DNA from: Promethearchaeota archaeon
Lineage (GTDB): Archaea > Asgardarchaeota > Lokiarchaeia > Sigyniarchaeales > SOKP01
Length of the DNA: 15,838 nt
Direction: 5' to 3'
Assembly (NCBI GenBank): GCA_048938445.1
Contig: JBHLME010000105.1
Coordinates: 1-15,838 of the forward strand
This document shows, in pieces, positions 1-8,777 of this stretch. A program made the position numbers and the translations under genes. The notes beneath the pieces are model-generated. The model worked only from the letters and a program-made list of their open reading frames with translations, had not been told where the DNA came from and ran no database searches. How positions within the stretch are numbered: position 1 is the first letter of the stretch; each line of letters begins with the position of its first letter.

Positions 1-597
1 ACAACTGATATTGGTATACAAGCACTTAGTGGTGCTGCTGAACGCAACTCTAACATAATCTACACCTGTTATGATAATGAAGCTTATATGAACACCGGTA
101 TTCAACGTTCATCAAGTACACCTCATGGTGCAAAAACAACAACGACAACACTTGGTAAAGAGAGATATAAAAAGAACCTTCCTGCAATTATGGCCGCGCA
201 CGAGATACCATATGTCGCTACTTGTTCAATTAGCGAACCTTTAGACATATATGAAAAGTACAAAAAAGCAAAATCAATTGAAGGGTGTAAATATATTCAT
301 ATTTTAGCACCATGTCCCCCGGGATGGAATTATCCAAGTGATCAAACCGTTGAAATTGCCCGATTAGCAGTAAAAACAGGTGTCTGGCCATTATATGAAA
401 TTGAAAATGGAATAATGACTCTTCATAAAAAGAGCCGACCTTTGTTAGATCCTTCTAAAAGAAAGCCCTTGCTGGACTATCTTTCAAAGCAAAAGAGATT
501 TGCTGGGATATCTGAGCAAAAATTAATCGAACTACAACAACATATAGACAATGACTGGAAAATGATAGCTGCTAGATTAAAAGCTCAAGAAAGTTAA
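1..597 (+). CDS. porB: Pyruvate/2-oxoacid:ferredoxin oxidoreductase beta subunit (TPP-binding), 5'-truncated by the window edge
   Basis: Frame 1 is open from base 1: TTDIGIQALSGAAERNSNIIYTCYDNEAYMNTGIQRS. This has the PorB-type DIGxQALSG and DNEAYMNTG motifs, plus APCPPGW and GVWPLYE. The Met at 88 is internal. Substrate specificity cannot be read from the sequence. Confidence 0.88.
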   Translation, partial: TTDIGIQALSGAAERNSNIIYTCYDNEAYMNTGIQRSSSTPHGAKTTTTTLGKERYKKNLPAIMAAHEIPYVATCSISEPLDIYEKYKKAKSIEGCKYIHILAPCPPGWNYPSDQTVEIARLAVKTGVWPLYEIENGIMTLHKKSRPLLDPSKRKPLLDYLSKQKRFAGISEQKLIELQQHIDNDWKMIAARLKAQES

Positions 598-601
598 TAT
601 A

Positions 602-611
602 TTTTTTTTTT
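602..611 (+). terminator. Oligo-T tract, candidate archaeal intrinsic terminator
   Basis: T10 run starting 5 nt after the porB stop codon. Confidence 0.45.
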
Positions 612-651
612 CCATACTATATTTTATTATTACATAATATTTTGATTTCAA

Positions 652-1323
652 ATGGGTTTATTATTAAGATTTTCCGAAAGAAATAAGGAAAAAATAAATG
701 AATATTTGGATCTCGTTGTAGATTACATCATTGATGGTAAATTAATTGCCTTTCCTACAAATTCTGTTTATGGATTAGGTGGAGATCCTCTTAATATAGA
801 ATTAATGGAACGATTATTTAATATAAAATTTAGAGATCGTAACAAAGGATTCTTATTATTATTATCCGATTATGAAGAAGCTTCAAAAATTGCAATCTTT
901 AATGATGTTGCTCAAAAGTTAGCTAAAAATTTTTGGCCTGGTCAATTAACATTAATTTTAGAAAGAAAAAAACCAAATATCATTCCTATGGAAGTTACTG
1001 CTTTTAAAGAGACAATAGGACTTCGAGTTCCAGAGAATAAAGTAATATTAGAAATTTTAAGGAAATTAAAATCTCGAGGGAAATATGGAGGGATTATAGG
1101 AACCTCTGCTAATTTTTCTGGCGAAAAACCTTCTATTAGTGGTGCTGAAGTAGCAAAGTCATTTTTAGGTAATATTGATCTAGTATTAGATTCTGGAAAA
1201 TCAATATCAAAAATACCTACAACAATTGTAGATTGTACAACGAATAAAATCAAGTTTCTTCGAATAGGTATAATTTCTAAAGAAGATATTATAAATGTAG
1301 TTGGTAGTGATTATATTGAATAA
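652..1323 (+). CDS. sua5: L-threonylcarbamoyladenylate synthase, single-domain TsaC/YrdC type (no C-terminal SUA5 domain)
   Basis: Motifs AFPTNSVYGLG, KxR (IKFRD), FWPGQLT, IGLRVP, TSANFSG and PTTIVD. At 223 aa there is no room for a SUA5 extension domain. Confidence 0.93.
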   Translation: MGLLLRFSERNKEKINEYLDLVVDYIIDGKLIAFPTNSVYGLGGDPLNIELMERLFNIKFRDRNKGFLLLLSDYEEASKIAIFNDVAQKLAKNFWPGQLTLILERKKPNIIPMEVTAFKETIGLRVPENKVILEILRKLKSRGKYGGIIGTSANFSGEKPSISGAEVAKSFLGNIDLVLDSGKSISKIPTTIVDCTTNKIKFLRIGIISKEDIINVVGSDYIE

Positions 1324-1328
1324 CCTAG

Positions 1329-1868
1329 GTGATAGTTATTAAAAATTTTAACTTATTAGTCTCTACTTCACGATTTAATGAAACCAATGCTAAAACTGAG
1401 TTATGGTTTTCATTATTAATGTGTGGAGATAAATATCCGATTATAACAAATTTAGAGTTTTCAGGAATCATATCGGGACTGACAGTATTGGAACCTAAAA
1501 AGGTAATTAGAAAAATAAAAAATATTTTGGATCAAGATCCTAATTTTTTCCAATATATTTTGAAAATTATACCCATCGATTTTATATGTGAGACTAACCC
1601 GAAAGTCATTATTAATACAGTAGAACACCATTATCATGAATTCATCCAACCAGATGATACATTTAAAATAAAAATCGTGCGCCGAAAGAATGATCTTATA
1701 GAAAGAGACGATTTTATAAGAAGGGTTGCAGAAAAAATAAGTAATAAAGTCAATCTTGATCATCCAGATGTAACCATTCGTTTTGAAATACTGGGAAATA
1801 TCTGTGGAATATCATTTTTAAGACCTATAGATTTTTTAAAAATAATTAATCCATATAATCAAGTATAA
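1329..1868 (+). CDS. Stand-alone THUMP-domain RNA-binding protein (Tan1/THUMPD1-like); start is GTG 1329 or possibly ATT 1338
   Basis: N-terminal FNLLVST, then KIIPID, TFKIKIVRR and the THUMP signature KVNLDHPDVTIRFEILG. Confidence 0.85.
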   Translation: MIVIKNFNLLVSTSRFNETNAKTELWFSLLMCGDKYPIITNLEFSGIISGLTVLEPKKVIRKIKNILDQDPNFFQYILKIIPIDFICETNPKVIINTVEHHYHEFIQPDDTFKIKIVRRKNDLIERDDFIRRVAEKISNKVNLDHPDVTIRFEILGNICGISFLRPIDFLKIINPYNQV

Positions 1869-2545
1869 TCAAGTTTAATTTTTTCTAAACTTAAAATGGC
1901 CATTTTTTCACATACTAATTCATAAAGTGCATTGAATTTGTTTTTTAAATCATCATTTCTTTCATTATTCAATCCTTTATATGAGTTTGTTATTACCTTA
2001 ACTTGATTATCGTTTATTTGAAAAAATTCTTTAATGACATTATATTTTTCAAGGTTTTCTTGAAAAATTTCAGATTCAAGCTCTAATCCACCAAAATTTT
2101 TCAAAATATTATTTTTTATTTCAATTAAATTATTATCAGGGGATATGATGCAATAAAATAACTTATTGGATTTTAATTCCTTGTCATCTATTCCAAAAGC
2201 AGTTATTCCATTTTGTATTTGCCGATTTGTTGATAAATATAACAATAATTCTAGATTTTTCGTATTTGAGATATTAATCTGATTAATAAATGCTTTCTGA
2301 ACATAATAACATGCGGTAAATAGATGGTCTTGGTTAATCAAATATTTTCCTTTTATAAATTGAATTGTTGAATCTTTAAATTTTTGCTCAAGAGATTCAA
2401 GTTCAGCAAAAACATGATTTAATGAGGTTTTATCATCCTTAAGATTATTAGATATTTTATACTCTTCACAATTTATATTAACCTGACCAGCTCCAACATA
2501 AAATCTTAAGTTCAAGTCTTTAATATTCATTTCCTTTTTAATCAT
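1859..2545 (-). CDS. cgi121: KEOPS complex subunit Cgi121
   Basis: LELLLYLSTNRQIQNGITAFGI matches the Cgi121 ExLLYxSxxRQIxxAI..G motif, and the protein ends VCEKMAIL. Start moved to ATG 2545, which forms an ATGA overlap with the ecfT stop. Overlaps the convergent THUMP gene by 10 nt. Confidence 0.85.
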   Translation of the reverse strand: MIKKEMNIKDLNLRFYVGAGQVNINCEEYKISNNLKDDKTSLNHVFAELESLEQKFKDSTIQFIKGKYLINQDHLFTACYYVQKAFINQINISNTKNLELLLYLSTNRQIQNGITAFGIDDKELKSNKLFYCIISPDNNLIEIKNNILKNFGGLELESEIFQENLEKYNVIKEFFQINDNQVKVITNSYKGLNNERNDDLKNKFNALYELVCEKMAILSLEKIKLDYT

Positions 2546-3306
2546 AAAGGGATACTCCAATTTAAAAATGTGAATAGATGTAAATTAATTCTAATAAAAA
2601 ACACTATTATTAGCAATATCAACAAATATAAAGTGAATAGCCAATCTTTCAAGGAATAATTGATTGTATAATAATATGTACGTTTTTTATTACTACCGAA
2701 CGCTCTAGATTCTAGTGCTTCTGCTACATTAAATGCTCTTTTAATAGAACATATTATTAAAGGAACCAATAATGGAAATAGATTCTTGATTTTATTTACA
2801 AGTCCAGTAGTTTGCAATTCATAACCCCTACTTTGTTGGGCATCTTTAATATTCTCAGTTTCAATTGCTATTGTTGGTACGAACCTAAATGCTAAGGAGA
2901 AAGAAAATGAAATTGAATAAGGTACTTTCATTGATAGCAAGGATAATGCTAAATCATTTGGATCAACTGATAAAAAAAAAATTGAAAATGCGGACACCAT
3001 TATTATGATTCTTATTATCATACCTATAGAAAAAGACAGAGATAAGAAAAAAGTATTTAACAAAATGATAATTATAAATAAAAAGGATAAACTTTTCATG
3101 CTAATAATCCACTTTTTAAAGATCCTCCCGTTAATAATTAATGGAATTAAAGTAAATAAAATTATCAATAATGGAGCTATTTCTGTAAATATAAATCCAA
3201 AGATAGTATATTCTATTGACAGTAATAACTTAGATCGTGGATCTAATTTATGTAAGAATGTATCTTTTTTTATAAATTTAAAAGCATCTAGAAAGTCCAA
3301 ACTCAT
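2542..3306 (-). CDS. ecfT: ECF transporter transmembrane component T
   Basis: LHKLDPRSKL, hydrophobic helices, LAFRFVP, and the two conserved Arg motifs QQSRG and LESRA. Confidence 0.93.
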   Translation of the reverse strand: MSLDFLDAFKFIKKDTFLHKLDPRSKLLLSIEYTIFGFIFTEIAPLLIILFTLIPLIINGRIFKKWIISMKSLSFLFIIIILLNTFFLSLSFSIGMIIRIIIMVSAFSIFFLSVDPNDLALSLLSMKVPYSISFSFSLAFRFVPTIAIETENIKDAQQSRGYELQTTGLVNKIKNLFPLLVPLIICSIKRAFNVAEALESRAFGSNKKRTYYYTINYSLKDWLFTLYLLILLIIVFFIRINLHLFTFLNWSIPL

Positions 3307-3309
3307 TTT

Positions 3310-4185
3310 TTAAATTCCCTCCTGCATACTTTCTGGTTTATTTTTTAAAAAATCTTTTAGAAATTCTAACAATTGCTTTTTCGAGCGAATATTTTCTGAA
3401 GAATATATTCCAATTTGATTTAACGCTATGTTAAATTCATATAATTTAGGAAGAATTAATGAAGATTCATTGATTAGTAATTCTTTGGATAATACCTCCT
3501 TAGTGGGACCATCTGCAATGATTTTACCCTCCGACATTAATATTACACGAGGGATGTATTCCATTGTAAATTCTATGTTATGTGTTACAATTACTATTGT
3601 CTTTCCTTTACTGAGTTCATTTTTGACTAAATTTATAAAAAATTTTATCTCTTTAGCATCTTGCCCCAAAGTAGGTTCATCAAAAACCAATATTTCTGGA
3701 TCTCTACAAATCATAGTAGCAATAGCTAACTTCTTTGTTTCACCTCCAGACAAATTTAGTGGAGATCTATTTCTGTATTTATCTAAATTAAAAAGGTTTA
3801 ATGTTGCATTAATTCGTTTTTCAATTTCATTTTCATCAAGATTTAAGTTATTTAAAGAAAATTTAATCTCATCTTCTAAGGTATTGGAAAATAATTGATG
3901 AAGGGGATTTTGAAAAATTACTCCAATTTCCGATGATAAGCCAGCAATAGTTTTTTTCTTGGCATTTTGCCCTTTAATAAATATATCACCTTTAGAAGGC
4001 CTTATAAGCCCGTTAAATGTTCTAATGAGCGTGGATTTACCCGCTCCATTTTTTCCCATTATAGCAACCAATTCTCCTTTAAAAATACTCAGATCAATAC
4101 CTCTTAAAGCTAAAGTTTTATTGGGATATGCATATTCTACATCTTTAACTAATATTATGGGGTATTTTGTAGAAATTTTCATCAC
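3310..4185 (-). CDS. ecfA2: ECF transporter ATPase A' (start uncertain: GTG 4185, ATG 4182 or ATT 4176)
   Basis: Walker A GKNGAGKS, Q-loop FQNP, signature LSGGE, Walker B VFDEP, H-loop VTH. Confidence 0.92.
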   Translation of the reverse strand: MMKISTKYPIILVKDVEYAYPNKTLALRGIDLSIFKGELVAIMGKNGAGKSTLIRTFNGLIRPSKGDIFIKGQNAKKKTIAGLSSEIGVIFQNPLHQLFSNTLEDEIKFSLNNLNLDENEIEKRINATLNLFNLDKYRNRSPLNLSGGETKKLAIATMICRDPEILVFDEPTLGQDAKEIKFFINLVKNELSKGKTIVIVTHNIEFTMEYIPRVILMSEGKIIADGPTKEVLSKELLINESSLILPKLYEFNIALNQIGIYSSENIRSKKQLLEFLKDFLKNKPESMQEGI

Positions 4186-4188
4186 CTT

Positions 4189-5034
4189 TTATTTTTTGAT
4201 ATTTTCTTGTAGAAAACGTATCGCTTCTGGAATCGAACTGGGAATTTTATTAATTGATATTCCCTCTTTTCTTAAATCATTGAAAATAGAATATATAAAT
4301 GGATGTGATATATTTAAATCATTAAAATTTTTGCTATTCATTACATTTTCTTTGTTTTCATGTTCAATTACTTTACCATCTTTCATTAAAATTATTTCAT
4401 CCACCAGGGGCATTACTAAATCCATTCTATGCTCACTTATTATTATCGTTATCTCTTTTTCTTCTTGAATTTTTTTTAAAAGAGATAATATTTTTTTTGC
4501 AAGTGAGGGATCAAGTAATGCTGTTGGTTCATCTAAAACCAAGATTTTAGGTTCTAATGCTAATATTGAAGCAAGAGCTACACGTTGTTGTTCACCTCCG
4601 CTTAATTCATAGGGTGCTTTATGTAAAAGATGTTCAATTTCTGTCATAACAACGCATTCGTTTATCCTTCTCGATATTTCTTCTTTAGATATGCTTAAAT
4701 TCTCTAATCCAAAAGCAATTTCATGTTCCACATTCATAGCTATTAATTGATTTTCTGGATTTTGAAAAACTATACCAGTTATTGTAGATAAATTTGCTAT
4801 TGACATTTCTGTTGTATCAAAACCACCAACTTCAACTGATCCTTTATAATACCCTGGATAAAATTGAGGAATTAATCCATTCATACATCTAATTAAGCTT
4901 GTTTTGCCAGAACCAGTCTCTCCTGCTAATAAAATAAACCTATTTTCTTGGATATTAATATTGATATCATTTAAAGCATAATCATGGTTTCCTTTATACC
5001 GATAAAAAAAATTATTAAATTTTATAAGGTTCAT
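4189..5034 (-). CDS. ecfA1: ECF transporter ATPase A
   Basis: Walker A GETGSGKT, FQNPENQ, EIAFGLEN, LSGGEQQR, Walker B VLDEP, SEH. Confidence 0.92.
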   Translation of the reverse strand: MNLIKFNNFFYRYKGNHDYALNDININIQENRFILLAGETGSGKTSLIRCMNGLIPQFYPGYYKGSVEVGGFDTTEMSIANLSTITGIVFQNPENQLIAMNVEHEIAFGLENLSISKEEISRRINECVVMTEIEHLLHKAPYELSGGEQQRVALASILALEPKILVLDEPTALLDPSLAKKILSLLKKIQEEKEITIIISEHRMDLVMPLVDEIILMKDGKVIEHENKENVMNSKNFNDLNISHPFIYSIFNDLRKEGISINKIPSSIPEAIRFLQENIKK

Positions 5035-5074
5035 GGCTGATTTAGTAAGTTTTGCGTCTAATTTTATATGTATA

Positions 5075-6073
5075 TTAATTATTTATTGTTTCTTTAACCT
5101 TTTCAATAATTGTTTCAAGGACTTTTTCTGGATTATAATTACCATTTAATGAAGCTGCACCATCATGTCCCCCAGCATTACCTCCACTTATATTAGCTAT
5201 TTCTCCTAATATTTCCCCTAAATGTAGTCCTGTTTTGATGCATATTTCTTTTGTAGCTCTCGTGGTAATACGATATTCTGATTTTTTTTGAGATAAAACG
5301 ATACTTATATCAAAACCTATTAATATCATCGAATTTGCAACACTTGCTTCATAACTACTTACATTAGATACTCCTATGATATATTTATCCTCATGAATTA
5401 ACTTAATTCTTTGCATTCCCTTTATTTTAGCAATTCTCTCAGATATATCTTCTTCCTTTTTTAATAGAGAAAAAATATCCTGGATATTTAAATCATTATC
5501 TAGCATTTTTGAGGTTCTTATTATCGTCTGATTATCTCCATACTTGAAGAACCCTGAATCGGTTAAAATTGCAGAAACTGAAAGCCATTTTAAAACTAAA
5601 GGTAATTTAATTTGATATAATTCACATATATCGAGAAGAATTTCAATAGTAGAGGAATAATTATCTAATACTATGTTGTATGATTTTAAATTATTATCAT
5701 ATTTTGAATTTTGGTCGATGTGATGATCAATATAAATAAATGGAATATCTTTTTTACTTTTGTGGTTGATTAATTCAAGATTATTAGTATCTAAAATAAG
5801 CATTACATCAATATCAGAAATATCATCGTGTTCATGATAAGAGAAATTAAATTCTGGAAAAATGTCAAGTATTTTTTCCATAAATTGTCTTGTGGATTTT
5901 GAAAATTCAAAAAAAAATAAAAGTACATTATCCATGTTGAAATGATGATTTAATAAATATTTTATCACGATACATGAAACAAAACCATCAATATCTACGG
6001 AATCATGCGTCGTAATTAATATTGTTTTGTTTTTTATGAAAGAAATAAGGTTTTCAAATTTAGAAATTAACAT
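5075..6073 (-). CDS. DHH/DHHA1-family phosphoesterase (NrnA-like)
   Basis: Motifs THDSVDIDG, LILDT, IDHH and ILTDSG, plus the DHHA1 motif GGHDGAA. Lies after prefoldin, as in other archaea. Confidence 0.88.
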   Translation of the reverse strand: MLISKFENLISFIKNKTILITTHDSVDIDGFVSCIVIKYLLNHHFNMDNVLLFFFEFSKSTRQFMEKILDIFPEFNFSYHEHDDISDIDVMLILDTNNLELINHKSKKDIPFIYIDHHIDQNSKYDNNLKSYNIVLDNYSSTIEILLDICELYQIKLPLVLKWLSVSAILTDSGFFKYGDNQTIIRTSKMLDNDLNIQDIFSLLKKEEDISERIAKIKGMQRIKLIHEDKYIIGVSNVSSYEASVANSMILIGFDISIVLSQKKSEYRITTRATKEICIKTGLHLGEILGEIANISGGNAGGHDGAASLNGNYNPEKVLETIIEKVKETINN

Positions 6074-6085
6074 AAATTTAATTAA

Positions 6086-6445
6086 TTATTGATTTTTTTG
6101 AAAATCAGCTTGAATAGATTTTCTTATGGTTTCTAATTCTTGGATACTCCTTTCTTCCTTTTGTTTGATGCTTTTTAACCTCATTTCAGTCGAGATTTTT
6201 AAACTTTTTTTCTCATCCAATAATCGGTCTCTTGAAGATTTGACTAATACTCCACCAATAGATTTGTATACTGTTGTATCCGGATTTGCTTTTTCTAACT
6301 CTTGAATACAAAGTTCTGTATCTCTATTTTGACTTTCAAGAAATTCATGTGTATTACGAAGGTTTTGTAATTGAACTTGTTTGTTTTGCAAGTCTATAAT
6401 TTTTTTCCTTAATTCTTCAGGTAAACTATCAAGATTGATTCCCAT
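6086..6445 (-). CDS. pfdB: Prefoldin beta subunit
   Basis: Two coiled-coil helices around a single hairpin VYKSIGGVLVK. ATG 6445 is preceded by GTGA plus 5 nt. Confidence 0.92.
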   Translation of the reverse strand: MGINLDSLPEELRKKIIDLQNKQVQLQNLRNTHEFLESQNRDTELCIQELEKANPDTTVYKSIGGVLVKSSRDRLLDEKKSLKISTEMRLKSIKQKEERSIQELETIRKSIQADFQKNQ

Positions 6446-6507
6446 TATTTTCACTTATTTTTTTTTTATTATTTATTCTATTAACATAACAAAAAATAAA
6501 TTCTTTA

Positions 6508-6771
6508 TTAATTGCATAGCTTTAAAGAATTATTAATAATCTTTCCAAAACCAATGATATCACTCACTGAAGCTCTAAAAGCCGTGATATCTAAACATTC
6601 AACATAAAAAATTAATGAAGTATTATTTTTTTCCATCAATACTTTGGAACGTTTTGTCTGGAGTTTTTTTAATTCTGGTAAAAAAGAGTTGTAAGAAATA
6701 TCCCTTGTTTGAGAATTTTTAAATTTAAATTCTATAGAGGATTTAATAGAAAAAGAACTAGCTTGATTCAT
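6508..6771 (-). CDS. pcc1: KEOPS complex subunit Pcc1
   Basis: 87 aa with SFLPE...RSKV...DITAFRASVS (Pcc1 DxxxLRA motif). Conserved position between rpl37ae and pfdB. Confidence 0.85.
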   Translation of the reverse strand: MNQASSFSIKSSIEFKFKNSQTRDISYNSFLPELKKLQTKRSKVLMEKNNTSLIFYVECLDITAFRASVSDIIGFGKIINNSLKLCN

Positions 6772-7053
6772 TTACTCTTCAACAACTTCTAATTCTCGCT
6801 GTTTACGTTTTGCAACTCTGAATGACTCGGCACCTCTAGGTGTTTCTATATAATATGCCCCTCCTGTAAATTTTGCATTACACTTTCTACAATACCAAAT
6901 TCCTACAGAAACTCGATTAACCAAACCTTTTGTCTGACATCTAGGGCATCTTATATCTCCTCTCATCTTTTCAACGATAAGGCGCCATTTCTTTCTGACA
7001 GATGCACCATATCTAGGTCCAAACGATCCGTCTACACTCACTTTTCTAGCCAT
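6772..7053 (-). CDS. rpl37ae: 50S ribosomal protein L37ae (eL43)
   Basis: FGPRYGASVRK, zinc ribbon CPRC...GIWYCRKC and FTGGAY. ATG 7053 is preceded by GTGA plus 5 nt. Confidence 0.96.
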   Translation of the reverse strand: MARKVSVDGSFGPRYGASVRKKWRLIVEKMRGDIRCPRCQTKGLVNRVSVGIWYCRKCNAKFTGGAYYIETPRGAESFRVAKRKQRELEVVEE

Positions 7054-7142
7054 GATGATCACTAAACGTCTATTTTCATGAATGATTAATGATTTAAACT
7101 AAATTAATTTTACGAAAAGTTAATAGAAAATATATAGAATTT

Positions 7143-7150
7143 AAAAAAAA
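7143..7150 (-). terminator. Oligo-T tract after rrp42, candidate terminator
   Basis: T8 on the minus strand about 9 nt downstream of the rrp42 stop, in an intergenic gap of about 100 nt. Confidence 0.45.
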
Positions 7151-7158
7151 GGATTGAG

Positions 7159-7989
7159 TTATTCTTTTTGAATTAGATATTGCCATAAATCTAATTCTTT
7201 TCGGAGCTTTTTTCCAATCTCCAATGATTTTTCACCAAGCATTTTGATCTCTTCAATTGAAAAAGTTGCTGCTCCACTTTTTTGAATAGATGTAATTTTA
7301 TCTTCTGTTACCGAAATTGAAATTCTACCATCACTTAATAATTCTTCTGTAAGACAAGGATCTAAAAATATTATATCATCAATTTTACCATACGTTATTA
7401 CTATTGGTAATTCGTTTACAATATCTTTACCATTAAGATATTTTCCTGTCCATATTAACTCATTCTCTTTATTAAGTTCTCCTTCTGGAATATGAGATGC
7501 AATTAAGGTTGTCAAGCACCCTATTCCCCCACAATCAATCATATTTCCACCATGATTTATCACATACATATCTAAAAATAAGATATATACTGCTTCTTTT
7601 TCTCGAATGCATAATTTCTTAGTCTGTACACAATCAGCGTGTCTTATTCCCCTATCTACGACTCTTGCAAGTTCTATTGATTGTTCATTAGGTGGTCCTC
7701 TTTCAAAGAGTGGAGATGCCAATGGTAACAATTCAGCCATTACCGTGCATACTCCTTCATCTGGCATATCCGGAAATGGTGGACCGACTTCATATTTCAA
7801 TCCTGTTATGATTCTAGTTTCTCCTAGAGTTACATCTGAAGAACCTTCAGCTGATTTTACCATATCAACATTTACTTTAAAATCACGGTATTCCCATAAA
7901 TCTCTACCATCAATTCTTTTTTCTTTTTTAAGATTATTGAGAATGTAATCTCTTTCGATCGCTGAAATAACTCTTTTAACATTCATCAT
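7159..7989 (-). CDS. rrp42: Exosome core subunit Rrp42
   Basis: RIDGR..EYR, AEGS, PFPDMPDEG, ELLPLASPLFERGPP, ELARVVDRGIR and IQKSG. ATGA overlap with the rrp41 stop. Confidence 0.96.
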   Translation of the reverse strand: MMNVKRVISAIERDYILNNLKKEKRIDGRDLWEYRDFKVNVDMVKSAEGSSDVTLGETRIITGLKYEVGPPFPDMPDEGVCTVMAELLPLASPLFERGPPNEQSIELARVVDRGIRHADCVQTKKLCIREKEAVYILFLDMYVINHGGNMIDCGGIGCLTTLIASHIPEGELNKENELIWTGKYLNGKDIVNELPIVITYGKIDDIIFLDPCLTEELLSDGRISISVTEDKITSIQKSGAATFSIEEIKMLGEKSLEIGKKLRKELDLWQYLIQKE

Positions 7990-8777
7990 TTTTTTTCTTC
8001 TCCTCCATTACTTTTTGTTGCAGTTGCTTTATTTACTTCTTCTCGGATGGCAAGATATTTCTCCTTTAAAGCATTTAATTGCATTTCATATATCTTTTTT
8101 AATGCTTCTGATGCTAAATCCAAGCATTTGTTCATTTCTTTTAGGGTTATATCTCCATCAAACTGTAATAAAGATAGTTGTTCATTAAACCATGTCATAG
8201 CACAAGGTAGATCTGCTTCTCCTGCTTTATCTTCAATTCCAGATAGGTCAACTACCAACTCCCCATCAATTTTTCCGCATGCAACACTAGTAACTAAACT
8301 TCTCATAGGTACACCTGCATCTGCTAAGGCTAGAGCTGCAACAGTCGTGCTTGCACATCTCGTTCCACCATCAGCATCAATTACTTCTATGAAGACTTCA
8401 AAGCTAGTACCTGGATATAATTCAAGAAATAATACTGGCTCTAAACAGTCAGAAATAATCATTGATATTTCCTTTTCTCGTCGTCCTGGTGCTGGTCTTT
8501 TTCTTTCAAATACTGAAAACGTAGCCATTCTGTAAAAAATCCTCAAAATTCCCTTATCTGGTGCAGCCAGATGATGAGGATGTACATCTCTCGGTCCGTA
8601 AACTGCTGCAAAGATTTTATTATTTCCCCATTCTAGATATGCTGAACCATCAGCATTTTTTATTACACCTACTTCCATTTTAATTGGTCTTAATTCATGT
8701 TTATCTCGACCATCAAGTCGCTTACCATCTTCTCGAAATAATTTTTCTGGATATTCATCATTTATAACTAAGGGCAT
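7986..8777 (-). CDS. rrp41: Exosome core subunit Rrp41 (phosphorolytic exoribonuclease)
   Basis: RLDGR..ELRP, ADGSAY, AVYGPR, ERKRP, the phosphate-binding ADGGTR and the acidic catalytic segment EDKAGEADLP are all intact. Confidence 0.97.
   Translation of the reverse strand: MPLVINDEYPEKLFREDGKRLDGRDKHELRPIKMEVGVIKNADGSAYLEWGNNKIFAAVYGPRDVHPHHLAAPDKGILRIFYRMATFSVFERKRPAPGRREKEISMIISDCLEPVLFLELYPGTSFEVFIEVIDADGGTRCASTTVAALALADAGVPMRSLVTSVACGKIDGELVVDLSGIEDKAGEADLPCAMTWFNEQLSLLQFDGDITLKEMNKCLDLASEALKKIYEMQLNALKEKYLAIREEVNKATATKSNGGEEKK

Noticed and set aside
942-1763. Minus-strand ORFs 942-1253 and 1461-1763
   Set aside because: Antisense shadows of sua5 and the THUMP gene, with no recognisable motifs.
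1329-1868. THUMP protein as a Tan1-like ac4C12 adaptor for the neighbouring tRNA-Ser genes
   Set aside because: The CCG target context is absent at positions 11-13 (CCT and CTT), so the sequence gives no specific link.
3005-4468. Plus-strand ORFs 3005-3313, 3428-3898 and 3959-4468
   Set aside because: Antisense to the well-supported ecfT and ecfA genes.
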